Shown: positions 19,309-29,154, counted from the first letter of the stretch. The stretch is DNA of 64,000 nucleotides from Thermodesulfobacteriota bacterium (GCA_963675595.2 CAXXLZ010000002.1:4192001-4256000); one strand, 5' to 3'. The notes: generated from the sequence alone by a model not told the origin. Program-made: numbers and translations.

Positions 19309-19568
19309 GAAATTTCCTCCTAAGAGATGTGTTGTATGTTGATCGAAAGAAGCTCGGAACCGACGATCGCGATGGACCCAGCGTCTTCTCTTACGCCGGA
19401 TTCCTACGGCCCATGCGAGAATGCAGCCGGAACATCAGTTCGATTATCGGATAAAGAGCTCCTGTTCAAAATTTGGTTACGAAAAAAGCCGGAAAGAAGT
19501 TCGATCGTTTCCTGTTTGTTTGGCCGGGATTCGATGCTTCAAGGAACGCCCCGACACATGTCCCTAAA

Positions 19569-20744
19569 TCAAAACAAGGTGAACTTGTCCGTTTCCTCGT
19601 TCCACGTCGCCAGGGCGAAGTAAACGGCCATGATCACGAAGATGAGGACGAAAGTCCCTATGTATCCCAGTGTGTCGGGCATGAAGACCGACAGTCCGAT
19701 GGTCTTGAGATATCCCGTGGTTTGGAGAAACTTCATGAACAGGGAACCCACCAGGGAGAATGAAATCAAGGCGCAGATGAGCTTGAGTTGCCCTTCACCG
19801 ACACGCCAAAGCGTGCCGCTTCCGCAACCCCCGGCGATCACCATGCCTACACCGAAAATGACTCCCCCAACGAGTCCGCCGAACCAGAACCGGGCGCTCA
19901 CATACATGTCTTCCGGCCGCATACCGTTCCATTTGAGCAGTGCGAAACCGATCACGCTGATCATGAGGCTTACGGCGATGGCACGGGGCATGGTGCCTTC
20001 ACCGGTCATGAATGGATCGCGGAATCCTCGCACGAAGCAGAAGCGCGTTCGTTGAATGACCAAGCCGAAAGCCATGCCGAAAAGAAGCAGCCCTCCGAGT
20101 TTGGAATAAGCGTATCGTCCGTATACAAAGCAGAGGACGATCCCCCCGATGAAGACCAGTACTCCCAGCCACGGTTGGATCTTCTTCCAGTCGAATTGGC
20201 CTTCTTTGCCTTTTTCACCCACGGAGGCGGCCTGTTTGGAGGGGACGTTCTCCAGTTCCCACAAAAGATATTTGAGGCCGATGAGAGCACCCACGATAAG
20301 GCCGGCCATCATGGACAGACCGCTTGCGGAAAGGGCGCTTACCGACGTGTAGAATCCTCCCACGTTGCATCCCCCGGCGAGGCTCGCGCCGACTCCCATG
20401 AGGGCCCCTCCCACGAATCCTTTGACGATTTCAAGAGGGGGAGCACCGCGGAAGGCAAACTGCCTGGACAAAAGAGCGGAGCCGAAGGCGCCGAAGATCA
20501 GACCGAAACTCAGAATGGAAGAAGACGAGGTAATCGGGTCCGCCCCCGGGGTTGCATAAAGCCCCAAAGAGGAGAACACCCAGTCGCCCCAGACGCGGAT
20601 TCCACCGAACACGCCCCAGGGACGGGCCCACGCGAAGCATAGAATGCTGAGCAGGCCTATCCAAATCCCGCCGGTCATAGGAGCCCATTCATTATCGAAC
20701 AGCTCCCCGTATCCTTCCTTGAACTTCTCCACCAACACGGACAT
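19569..20744 (-). CDS. YeeE/YedE (TsuA-type) sulfur compound transporter
   Basis: About 9-10 TM helices; three conserved Cys motifs GGCNVGG, RFCF and GGCGSG. Confidence 0.9.
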   Translation of the reverse strand: MSVLVEKFKEGYGELFDNEWAPMTGGIWIGLLSILCFAWARPWGVFGGIRVWGDWVFSSLGLYATPGADPITSSSSILSFGLIFGAFGSALLSRQFAFRGAPPLEIVKGFVGGALMGVGASLAGGCNVGGFYTSVSALSASGLSMMAGLIVGALIGLKYLLWELENVPSKQAASVGEKGKEGQFDWKKIQPWLGVLVFIGGIVLCFVYGRYAYSKLGGLLLFGMAFGLVIQRTRFCFVRGFRDPFMTGEGTMPRAIAVSLMISVIGFALLKWNGMRPEDMYVSARFWFGGLVGGVIFGVGMVIAGGCGSGTLWRVGEGQLKLICALISFSLVGSLFMKFLQTTGYLKTIGLSVFMPDTLGYIGTFVLIFVIMAVYFALATWNEETDKFTLF

Positions 20745-20764
20745 AAGTCAGCTCCTCGCTTTCG

Positions 20765-21217
20765 TTAACAACCTTCATCATCCGCTATGGTAAACCCCTT
20801 GGGCTTTTTGGGTTTGGGCGGGGCGGCGGGCGGTTGGGACTGCGCCGTTGTCGATCCCTCCATGGTGGGAGACGAGGAGATCGCCGCGGGAGGTTGGGTG
20901 GGTTCGGCGGGCCGCACCATATATTTTCCCGTGTTTTTCATCTCTTCAGCGGCGGCGTAAAAAGTGGCCAGATCATACCAGTTCCAGGGTTTGGGGTTCT
21001 GGGGATCGGCCTGCACCGCAGACTGAAAATAATACTTGGCATCCTGGTAACGTCCACGATCCAAGGCGTCCTGACCGTGTCGGATCATGAGAGCGCATTT
21101 CTCCTTGTCGACCTTGACGGCATCGTTTTGGACCGCCCATGCCGAGGTCCCGGAAAGCAGAAAAGTCAGGGCCAGGGCCGCGGCCGTAAGGGTGCTGAAC
21201 GTCCGATGGAATCTCAT
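20765..21217 (-). CDS. Secreted TPR-like protein with Pro/Ala-rich tail ending in DDEGC
   Basis: ATG at 21217 after GGAGGT; Sec signal ...SAWA; TPR-like GQDALDRGRYQDAKYYFQSAVQADPQN; terminal Cys. Confidence 0.8.
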   Translation of the reverse strand: MRFHRTFSTLTAAALALTFLLSGTSAWAVQNDAVKVDKEKCALMIRHGQDALDRGRYQDAKYYFQSAVQADPQNPKPWNWYDLATFYAAAEEMKNTGKYMVRPAEPTQPPAAISSSPTMEGSTTAQSQPPAAPPKPKKPKGFTIADDEGC

Positions 21218-21259
21218 GTTTGGACCTCCGTCGATTCGGTTAATGGAAAAACATTTCAA

Positions 21260-21288
21260 AAAATAATGACGGGAGGTGAAAAAATCAA
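21260..21288 (-). promoter_or_regulatory. Putative sigma70 promoter of the TPR-yeeE operon
   Basis: TTGATT-17 bp-TATTTT on the minus strand, ~40 bp before the TPR start. Confidence 0.45.
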
Positions 21289-21337
21289 GAGGCGAACCTT
21301 TGTTCTTATACACTAATGGTTGTTTAGATCTGCGCTG

Positions 21338-22312
21338 TTAGGCCAAGCGGAGGCTTACATCCCCGCAGGTAACTCGGACCTGACTGCCGTTTTCGTCCGT
21401 AAGAATGAGGGCTCCGCTTTCGTCGATGGTTTCAGCGGTGCCTCGGAGAACGTCGTCAAAGGAGCGAATTTCCACCTCACGGCCCAGCACCAGGGAACGA
21501 CGGTTCCACTCCGACGCCAAGTTCCCGTCTTCTCCCGCCAGCAGCTTGTCATACCAGACGTCCATGCGGCCTAAAATGCCCGCCAACAATTCCACACGCG
21601 ACCAACGTCTTCCCGTTTCGGCGTAAACGCTGGTGGCCGTGTCGCTGATTTCGGGATGATTCTTGGGATCGAAATTCACATTGAGGCCGATACCCACCAC
21701 CGCATAGTCCAAACTGTCCGGCCCCGCGGAAAATTCGGTCAGCAAACCCGCGAGCTTACGACGCCCGATGTAGATGTCGTTGGGCCATTTGATTTCCGGG
21801 GTCAGGGGAGTCAGGCTTTCGACGGCTTCCGCAATGGAAACGGAGGCGACCATGTTCAGGCGAAAGACTCGCTGAGGTGGGATGGGAGGACGGCAGACAA
21901 GGGAAAAGAGCAAATTCGCCCCCTTAGGGGAAGTCCAAGTCCGGTCCAATCTTCCGCGACCATGGGTCTGTTCCTCTGCGATCACCAGGAGGCCATCCTT
22001 CGCACCGGCCGCCGCGGATTTTTTGGCTTCTCGATTGGTGGAATCGATGGTTTCGAAGTATTCGATCTCCGCAGCAAGTCGGCGACACTTCAGGTTGCGT
22101 CGGAGAACCACGGAATAGAGGCGATCCGGAATCGTTTGAAGCAGGTACCCTTTCCGGGGTACGGCGTTCACTTCGTAACCCAAGTCCCTCAGTCTCCGTA
22201 CCGCTTTCCAGACCGCGGTCCGGGAAAGTCCGAGAGTTCGACCCATCTCCTCCCCTGAAATGGGCGCTTTGGCGGAGAGCAGGATTTCAACCAGTCGATC
22301 CGATGTGTCCAT
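21338..22312 (-). CDS. birA: Bifunctional biotin--[acetyl-CoA-carboxylase] ligase / repressor
   Basis: HTH SGEEMG..LGLSRTAVWK, STN, QTHGRGRLDRTW, KWPND, KLAGLL. Confidence 0.95.
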   Translation of the reverse strand: MDTSDRLVEILLSAKAPISGEEMGRTLGLSRTAVWKAVRRLRDLGYEVNAVPRKGYLLQTIPDRLYSVVLRRNLKCRRLAAEIEYFETIDSTNREAKKSAAAGAKDGLLVIAEEQTHGRGRLDRTWTSPKGANLLFSLVCRPPIPPQRVFRLNMVASVSIAEAVESLTPLTPEIKWPNDIYIGRRKLAGLLTEFSAGPDSLDYAVVGIGLNVNFDPKNHPEISDTATSVYAETGRRWSRVELLAGILGRMDVWYDKLLAGEDGNLASEWNRRSLVLGREVEIRSFDDVLRGTAETIDESGALILTDENGSQVRVTCGDVSLRLA

Positions 22313-22677
22313 GGAATTCCCGCGAATGATTTGCCGGTTTCGGGAGAGCCGGCGTGTTCTTTCTTAAAACGTCTTCCCGAATACTCCGAGAACGCGCATG
22401 CGCTTCTCCCCGAATCTCAATCACCCAAAACAGCGGCTCCCGAGGGGCTGCGTTCGGCATGCCTGCCGTGAGTTTTGTAGATGAGCGCATACGGTAGGGC
22501 TGCGTGCCGGTTCCCTTCCGGTGAAACGCCGCCGTACGAGGCCCCGCGTATGAGAGCCTCACTTTAGCCCCTTGTTTTCGTCTGTTCAAGGGAAGTATGC
22601 GAGGAACCGGAATCCCGTCGACTCCCAACGGACTCGGATCGTCGCGGAACTCGGAGATCGCGCGCCCCAAATGCACC

Positions 22678-22706
22678 TTGCCTGAAGGGAGGGGCCGGGG
22701 TATAAT
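22678..22706 (+). promoter_or_regulatory. Putative sigma70 promoter
   Basis: TTGCCT-17 bp-TATAAT upstream of ORF 22811. Confidence 0.6.
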
Positions 22707-22810
22707 TCCGCATGGTTAATGAGTGGAAATCAGGCCATGATCGGGTGAATCCGAGAAATTGCTTGACGGCTCATTCCAACAATCCGGGTGGGAGCCCCAG
22801 TGCGTAAAAT

Positions 22811-23224
22811 TTGGACGATTCTCACTTTGAGCGTCTCGTTGGCGGTATCCGCCCCGACCTATGCCGGGCGGATCGAGGGGACGATCAAAGGATAATTTGC
22901 GACTTGCCGTGTCCCATCAACCAGGAGGACTCCGTGGCCTCCACGGTGCATATTCCGGTCGTGGTAACGGACAACGACAAGTACTATTTCGTGCCCAACC
23001 TTTCTCACGCCGCCCTGGCGCGTCATATTCTGAAGGCCGTACGGGTTACGGGCGATGTTAAAGAGAAATTCAATTCCATTTACGCGGACAATCTGGAAGT
23101 CCGGCAGGACGGCGGATGGGTCGAGACCTGGACCTACCGGGACGAGGCCGAAATGAGACAACATCAACGGGATATCGAAGAACGAATTCGAAAGATCCCT
23201 TCGCCGGAGAATTCCGTTCACTAA
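22811..23224 (+). CDS. Hypothetical protein
   Basis: Protein-like composition, upstream consensus promoter; no recognised motif. Confidence 0.6.
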   Translation: MDDSHFERLVGGIRPDLCRADRGDDQRIICDLPCPINQEDSVASTVHIPVVVTDNDKYYFVPNLSHAALARHILKAVRVTGDVKEKFNSIYADNLEVRQDGGWVETWTYRDEAEMRQHQRDIEERIRKIPSPENSVH

Positions 23225-23256
23225 TGTTCTCAGGGCTTCTCGTCGGCTCGTTGAAC

Positions 23257-23396
23257 TAGGCCGGTTGTTCACAAACCGGCAAAACACGATGACATGCCGG
23301 GCGCGCAAGTTCCGAAAAATGAGATCTACCCGACCGGTACGTCGAAGTGACCGGGGGTGAAGCGCAGCGTCGCAGATCGCGTTGTTCAACGGTCTG
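23257..23396. mobile_element. MITE-like repeat family B, degenerate copy
   Basis: Shares GTACGTCG.AGTGAC..GGG.TGAAGCGC..CG.CGCAGATCGCGTT.TTCAAC with the copy at 26384-26506. Confidence 0.6.
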
Positions 23397-23483
23397 TTGA
23401 TATCCGGTGCTGAAACCGGCGCCGGACATTCCCACAACCGTACGCCGCATGCTGTTCGAGTTCGAAGTGAGAAGGAGATCGAC

Positions 23484-25220
23484 ATGGAGAATGATTACCG
23501 CGTGGATGAGAGCAAGCCCTGGTTCAGCGCCGAAGCCGGATGGCCGGCCGAAGTCCCCAAGCATTTGGATTTTCCGAAAATAAGCCTGTACGAGGTCTTG
23601 GCGGAATCGGCCAAGAAATACGAGAACAGGAAAGCCGTCTGGTTCCTCGATACCTTTATGACTTTCGGGGAACTTCATCGGCACGTCCTTTCCGTGGCCG
23701 CCGGTCTCGCGGAGCGGGGAATCCGGAAAGGCGACGTGGTGGCTTTGGTTTTACCCAATTCCTTTCAATACGTCATCTCGTACTACGCGTGCATGAGGCT
23801 GGGAGCCATACCCACGGGCGTCAATCCGACATACAAGCCCGGTGAAGTGCTTCATCAGTTCAAGATCGCGGGAGTCAAGGCGGTCATCGTCCTGGATTCG
23901 CTTATCGAACCCTTGATCCAGCCGATCCAACAGGAATATCCCATCCATCAACTCGTCGTGACCAATGTTGTGGACCTGGTGAAGCTCAGCCCCCTGAAAA
24001 AGTGGTTGGGCAAGAAACTGGGCAAGATACCTTTCGGCACCGTACCTCAGGGAGCGACGCGCTTCCTGGATCTTGTGCGCACCAAGCCCGATCCTCCCGA
24101 AGTGGAAGTCCTCTCCAAGGATGTGGCGACGTATATCATGACCGGAGGCACCACGGGTGTGCCCAAGGCCGCGGTTCTTTCCCATTTCAATTGTGTCTCT
24201 CAATGTTACCAGCTGGACCACTGGATCTACATGGGCGGCGCCGGCGCGTGCGGCGTTGGGGTGTTGCCCCTGTTTCACTCCTTCGCCATGTCCTGCGTCA
24301 TGAACCTTTCCATCAAAGCGGGCATGTGGATGATGTTGTTTCCCAAGCCGCCCGACGTGGAGACTCTGCTGAAGACCATTTGCGCCATTGGAGAGGACCG
24401 AAATACTTACTACTGCGGGGCGGAAGTGCTCTTTCAGCGCATCGCCGATTTCCCGGGTACGGATAAGTACCCCATCGCCCGGAAGCTTCGCTGTTGCATC
24501 AGCGGAGCGGGACCTTTGCACCGTCCGGTACAGGAGCGGTTTGAACAGAAGACCGGCGCCATCATCGTCGAAGGGTATGGGCTTTCGGAAGCCACGCCGG
24601 TGGTGTGCAGCGGTCCGTTGACGGAGGGCGTTCGAATGATCGGGAAGATCGGGTTACCCATGCCGGGAACCGATTGGAAGATCATGGATCTGGAGACGGG
24701 CACCAAAGAGATGGCCCCCAATGAAATCGGCGAGCTCTGGGTTTCGGGACCTCAAGTGATGATGGGCTATTTGAACCAACCCCTGGAAACCGCCGAGACC
24801 ATCCGAAAGATCGACGGGAAACGATGGCTCCTCACCGGGGACATCGGCCACATGGATGAACTGGGCCGCGTGACCTTGAGCGACAGAAAGAAACAGCTGA
24901 TCAAGGTCAGGGGATATTCCGTGTTTCCCAAAGAAGTCGAAGAGCTTGTAGGGGGCAATCCCCACGTTTCCGAAGTGGCTGCGGCCGGACTTCCGGATGA
25001 GACATCGGGCGAGGCGATCAAGGTCTGGGTGGTCCTCAAACCGGGCAGCGCGGGCAAGGTTACGGAAGAGGAGCTCAAAGCGTGGTGCAAAGAGAACATC
25101 TCCCACTACAAGGTGCCCAAATACATCGAGTTTCGTGATGATCTTCCCAAGACACTGGTGGGAAAGGTCATGCGACGGCACCTCCAGGAAGCCGATCCTT
25201 TGTACCGGGGAAAAGAATAG
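23484..25220 (+). CDS. Long-chain acyl-CoA synthetase / AMP-binding enzyme
   Basis: TGGTTGVPK, EGYGLSE, TGDIG, DRKKQLI, LPKTLVGK; ATG at 23484 after AAGGAG. Confidence 0.93.
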   Translation: MENDYRVDESKPWFSAEAGWPAEVPKHLDFPKISLYEVLAESAKKYENRKAVWFLDTFMTFGELHRHVLSVAAGLAERGIRKGDVVALVLPNSFQYVISYYACMRLGAIPTGVNPTYKPGEVLHQFKIAGVKAVIVLDSLIEPLIQPIQQEYPIHQLVVTNVVDLVKLSPLKKWLGKKLGKIPFGTVPQGATRFLDLVRTKPDPPEVEVLSKDVATYIMTGGTTGVPKAAVLSHFNCVSQCYQLDHWIYMGGAGACGVGVLPLFHSFAMSCVMNLSIKAGMWMMLFPKPPDVETLLKTICAIGEDRNTYYCGAEVLFQRIADFPGTDKYPIARKLRCCISGAGPLHRPVQERFEQKTGAIIVEGYGLSEATPVVCSGPLTEGVRMIGKIGLPMPGTDWKIMDLETGTKEMAPNEIGELWVSGPQVMMGYLNQPLETAETIRKIDGKRWLLTGDIGHMDELGRVTLSDRKKQLIKVRGYSVFPKEVEELVGGNPHVSEVAAAGLPDETSGEAIKVWVVLKPGSAGKVTEEELKAWCKENISHYKVPKYIEFRDDLPKTLVGKVMRRHLQEADPLYRGKE

Positions 25221-25405
25221 CGAGGCGGGTCGAGGGGCGCAACCGAACTCGGTGTGCGAAGCCGGCGGAGTTTGGGGCTTTCGGCATCGTGTCGGAAACG
25301 CGAATCACCACCGTGAGAACGCTTCCGTAGCGGGTACTCTTTTTTCGGCTGCGAGCATCCGGGATCGAACTCCCGGAAAGCGCTTCGACCCGAAAGGACT
25401 GTAAT

Positions 25406-25849
25406 GTGGGCATGATCGACGTCTCATCCAAGGACGTGGTATTGCGGGAGGCTCTCGCCGAAGGAACTCTGATACTCGGAGCGAACACTCTCGGGCAAAT
25501 CGCACGGGGAACCATCCGCAAAGGGGATCCGTTCACTTTTGCCGAGGCGGCGGCTCTTCTCGCGGTGAAGCAAACGCACTTACTGATCCCGCATTGTCAC
25601 CCGCTTCCCATCGAGAGCGTGGAAGTGAGTTTTCGTCAGGACGAAGACTCCGTCAACGTCCGGTGTCGGGTAAAGGCTCGCGCGCGGACCGGCGTGGAGA
25701 TGGAAGCCCTCGTGGGGGTTTCCATGGCGCTCAACACCCTCTGGGACTTGGTGAAGTACCTTGAAAAAGACGAACGGGGACAATACCCGGGCACTCGCAT
25801 CTCGGATATCCGCGTGTTGAGTAAGGAGAAAGGACACCCTTCGCCATGA
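25406..25849 (+). CDS. moaC: Cyclic pyranopterin monophosphate synthase MoaC
   Basis: MIDVSSK, KGD, LIPHCHPL, TGVEMEAL. Confidence 0.93.
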   Translation: MGMIDVSSKDVVLREALAEGTLILGANTLGQIARGTIRKGDPFTFAEAAALLAVKQTHLLIPHCHPLPIESVEVSFRQDEDSVNVRCRVKARARTGVEMEALVGVSMALNTLWDLVKYLEKDERGQYPGTRISDIRVLSKEKGHPSP

Positions 25850-26355
25850 GTCGGCATTCCCACCACCCCCACGTCAAAGACGCACCCGAAAAAGTCCGCA
25901 TCGGGGTGCTTACCGTGTCCAACACTCGCGGCCTGGATCAGGACACGAGTGGAGACGGGATTTCATCCCTGATAGAGGCCGGCGGGCATATTGTGGCGGG
26001 CCGTAAAGCGGTGAAAGACAGCGTGCCTCAAATACAGGACGCACTCGCGGAAATGCTGGCCGACTCCGACGCCGTGGTCATTACCGGGGGCACCGGGGTC
26101 ACTCCCACGGACGTCACCCTCGAGGCGGTGACGCCTCTGTTTAAGAAGGAGTTGCCGGCTTTCGGCTCCGTGTTCAGCCGGTTGAGCTACGATGAGGTCG
26201 GAGCCGCGGCGATCCTCTCCAGAGCCTGCGCGGGAATTATCCGGGACCGTGCGGTTTTTTGTCTTCCAGGTAGCGCCAATGCGTGCATACTGGCCATGGA
26301 ACGCATCATCCTTCCCGTGGTCTCCCATCTCGTTTTCCATATACGGGCCACGTAG
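25846..26355 (+). CDS. moaB: Molybdopterin adenylyltransferase, MoaB/MogA family
   Basis: LTVS, DTSG, TGGTG, DVTLEA, AILSRA, LPGS; ATGA overlap with moaC. Confidence 0.88.
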   Translation: MSRHSHHPHVKDAPEKVRIGVLTVSNTRGLDQDTSGDGISSLIEAGGHIVAGRKAVKDSVPQIQDALAEMLADSDAVVITGGTGVTPTDVTLEAVTPLFKKELPAFGSVFSRLSYDEVGAAAILSRACAGIIRDRAVFCLPGSANACILAMERIILPVVSHLVFHIRAT

Positions 26356-26383
26356 ACAGCCCGTTGAAAAAAGCCGGTCGCGG

Positions 26384-26506
26384 CAGGCTGCTGAAAAGCG
26401 ATGAGATGCAAGTCGCGCAAATCCTGAGGAATGAGACGTACATAGAGTACGTCGCAGTGACGAGGGATGAAGCGCTACGCCGCAGATCGCGTTTTTCAAC
26501 AGCCTG
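26384..26506. mobile_element. MITE-like repeat family B with terminal inverted repeats
   Basis: Ends CAGGCTGCTGAAAAGCGAT ... ATCGCGTTTTTCAACAGCCTG; extra partial IR at 26357-26372; non-coding. Confidence 0.7.
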
Positions 26507-26607
26507 GTAAGGACGTCCTCAAGCGCCGTGTATGTCGGTCGTCGCACCGTTCGACTCCGGAGGTACCCCTTCGGTGCTTCCTCGTTTCATTCGGAAGGAG
26601 ATCGTTT

Positions 26608-27882
26608 ATGTCCGCTGAAGCCGTCAACCCCGCGCTGAGGTATCGTTGGGTGGTTTTCTGGATTTTGGCCCTTGGCTATGTCCTGGTCTATTTCCATCGT
26701 CTGTGCCCCGCGGTGCTCGCTTTGGACATGATGCGGGATTTGTCCGCCACCGGCTCTCTCCTGGGTTTTCTGGGCTCCGCGTATTTCTATCCTTATGCTC
26801 TCATGCAGTTGCCTGCCGGGCTTCTTTCGGACTCCTGGGGACCGAGAAAGACCATTACGGTCTTCTTTTTTGTGGCTTTTGTCGGATCCCTGGTCTTGGG
26901 AACGGCGCCCACGGTTTTCTGGGCCATCGCAGGGCGCGCCCTGGTGGGAATCGGAGTCAGTTTTCTTTTCGTTCCCACTATGAAAGCGCTGGCGGAATGG
27001 TTTCGACCCAGGGAATTCGCCACCATGGCCGGCATTCTCATGTTGATGGGCGGAGTTGGATCACTGAGCGCCGCCGCACCTTTGGCCGCGTTAAACGCCT
27101 GGATCGGATGGCGTTCCTCCTTCATCGTAATCGGGTTCTTCACCGTGGTGTTGGGGTTTCTTGTCTGGTTTTTCGTCCGCGATCGCCCATCCGACAAAGG
27201 TTGGGCGCCGGTGACCGGGCACTCGGATGCCGCTTCCGAGCGCATCGGGTTGTGGGAAGGCGTGCTTAAGGTCTTGTCTCACCCTCCTTTCTGGCCTCTC
27301 GCAATCTGGTTTTTCTTTGATTGTGCCGTCTTTTTCGCCTTCGGCGGACTCTGGGGCGGACCGTTCCTGACACAGATTTACGGATTGAGCAAAGCCCAAG
27401 CAGGCAATGTCCTTTCCATGCTCGCCGTGGGCATGGTGATTGGAAGTCCTTTGCTTAGTCTGATCTCCAACCGGGTGTTCAAGGGACGCAAACCCGTGCT
27501 GGTGGGTTCCAGTGCCATCGCCTTAGGAATGGTGGCCTTCCTGGCTTTCATGACGGACGGCTTCTCGTTGGTGGGGCTCTATCTTTTCTGTCTTGGGCTG
27601 GGGATTTTCACGAGCGCGATTGTGGTGGTGGGGTTCACTTCGGCCAAAGAACTCTTCCCGGTTCAAATGGCGGGTACGAGCACGGGCCTGGTCAATCTCT
27701 TTCCTTTCGCGGGGGGCGCGGTTTTTCAGCCGTTGCTGGGATACATCCTGGAGCGTTCCGGGCAGGTGAACGGGGCCTTCACCCTGCACGGCTACCGCAA
27801 TGCGTTCATGGTCTTGTTCGCTTGCGGGGTGATGGCCTTTATCTCTTCTTTGTTCCTCCGGGAAACCATGGCCAGGGAGTGA
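26608..27882 (+). CDS. MFS transporter
   Basis: About 12 TM helices, motif A GLLSDSWGPRK; ATG at 26608 after AAGGAG. Confidence 0.92.
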   Translation: MSAEAVNPALRYRWVVFWILALGYVLVYFHRLCPAVLALDMMRDLSATGSLLGFLGSAYFYPYALMQLPAGLLSDSWGPRKTITVFFFVAFVGSLVLGTAPTVFWAIAGRALVGIGVSFLFVPTMKALAEWFRPREFATMAGILMLMGGVGSLSAAAPLAALNAWIGWRSSFIVIGFFTVVLGFLVWFFVRDRPSDKGWAPVTGHSDAASERIGLWEGVLKVLSHPPFWPLAIWFFFDCAVFFAFGGLWGGPFLTQIYGLSKAQAGNVLSMLAVGMVIGSPLLSLISNRVFKGRKPVLVGSSAIALGMVAFLAFMTDGFSLVGLYLFCLGLGIFTSAIVVVGFTSAKELFPVQMAGTSTGLVNLFPFAGGAVFQPLLGYILERSGQVNGAFTLHGYRNAFMVLFACGVMAFISSLFLRETMARE

Positions 27883-27975
27883 GATTCTTCCGGATGATGC
27901 CATCCGAAAGGAATCCCACTGCAGGATTGTCGCGCCTCCCGTTCAAGATGGAATTTCAGGGAGGCGGGGACGAGG

Positions 27976-28839
27976 CTATTTCATGTCCCGGAGGACCTCC
28001 ATGAGCAGCTGTTCATAGACCATGGTCAGGCCGTCCACGGCAAGTTCGAAGCGTCGCGCGCTTAAGAAAGGTACCGTTTTTCCGTTTTCGAAGTTCGCGA
28101 ACATGGAAAGGGCTTCCACCACGAGGCGTTCCTTGGCGGCCATCAACTCATAAAACAGCACCGCGATCCCTTCTTTGCCGCAGGAATGCAGGTATTCCAT
28201 CCGCTTGAATTTGCCGGCGAGCTGATCGAAGTCATCCATCTTTTTGAGGAAATCAGCGCGTTCTTCGCCATCGCCCAACAGAAGATAGCCGAAGCCCTCT
28301 TCCACGCCTTCCAGAACGTCCGCCTTCATGAGGAGAAGTTGAAGCATGGCGCGTTCGGTGACGAGCATGTCCGCGGCTCGTGTGTGAACATCCATAACCA
28401 CGCCCGCGGCAAGTTGATCCAACAAAGTCGACAACTCGTCGACGGCATTCTCGAGATTCAGGAGGTCGGCGAGTTCGATTTTCTGTTCGGTTTCCAGCTT
28501 GCCGAAAGCCTTGAGCGCAGCATCCTGCATCTTGCCTTTGGATTCCATGATCCCGGCCAACCCGGCGGCATAACGGTTGCCGGAAACCTGAGCGAATTCG
28601 GCGGCCATCTCGTCAAAGGTCTTCATCTTTTCGAGGAACTCCTGCTTTTCTTCCACTGCGCCCAGGAGCAGGTAGGCCAAGGCTTCTTCCACGCCTTCCA
28701 TGAGGTCGGCATGCATGGATGTGAGGACTACGGCGACCCGGACTTCTCCGCTCGACTGGCCGGCCGAGGCGAGAGCCGCCCCATAAAAGGCGGAAACCAA
28801 AACAAGAACGGACAAGAACAACGTTACTTTCCTTCCCAT
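27976..28839 (-). CDS. Secreted helical protein with an internal duplication
   Basis: Signal peptide; two similar segments MHADLMEGVEEALAYLLLG..EF and MKADVLEGVEEGFGYLLLG..DF; GGAGG RBS. Confidence 0.75.
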   Translation of the reverse strand: MGRKVTLFLSVLVLVSAFYGAALASAGQSSGEVRVAVVLTSMHADLMEGVEEALAYLLLGAVEEKQEFLEKMKTFDEMAAEFAQVSGNRYAAGLAGIMESKGKMQDAALKAFGKLETEQKIELADLLNLENAVDELSTLLDQLAAGVVMDVHTRAADMLVTERAMLQLLLMKADVLEGVEEGFGYLLLGDGEERADFLKKMDDFDQLAGKFKRMEYLHSCGKEGIAVLFYELMAAKERLVVEALSMFANFENGKTVPFLSARRFELAVDGLTMVYEQLLMEVLRDMK

Positions 28840-29154
28840 GGAAACCTCCTGCTGGATATTAAAGACGGTCCTGAATAATGGGTTCGGGCTATCGACCGTT
28901 TTGATTAGGCCATGGGGGAAAGACGGTTGTCAATGCAGGACCGGGAACGGCACACAAAGGAAAAAGATCGTCAAAATGCGGGCGATGGAGGGGACAGCCG
29001 GGATGATTGAGGGCTTCCGAGGGCAAGCCTGCGTCCGTGCCGGTTCGGAGGGGCAAGCGAAGTTGGATTGTCGCACATCAGTGAATCAAAGTTCGGAAAC
29101 GACGAGTCAACCGACCCGTGGCGCTGAAGGCGGGACGACGAAGAGACGATCAAA

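Noticed and set aside
18250-21217. Selenocysteine recoding in the sulfur cluster
   Set aside because: Catalytic positions are Cys codons; the TGA stops of tusA and yeeE fall at natural protein ends
22320-22680. Structured RNA upstream of birA
   Set aside because: Only short GC-rich complementarities; no match I can recognise to 6S, SRP, tmRNA or RNase P
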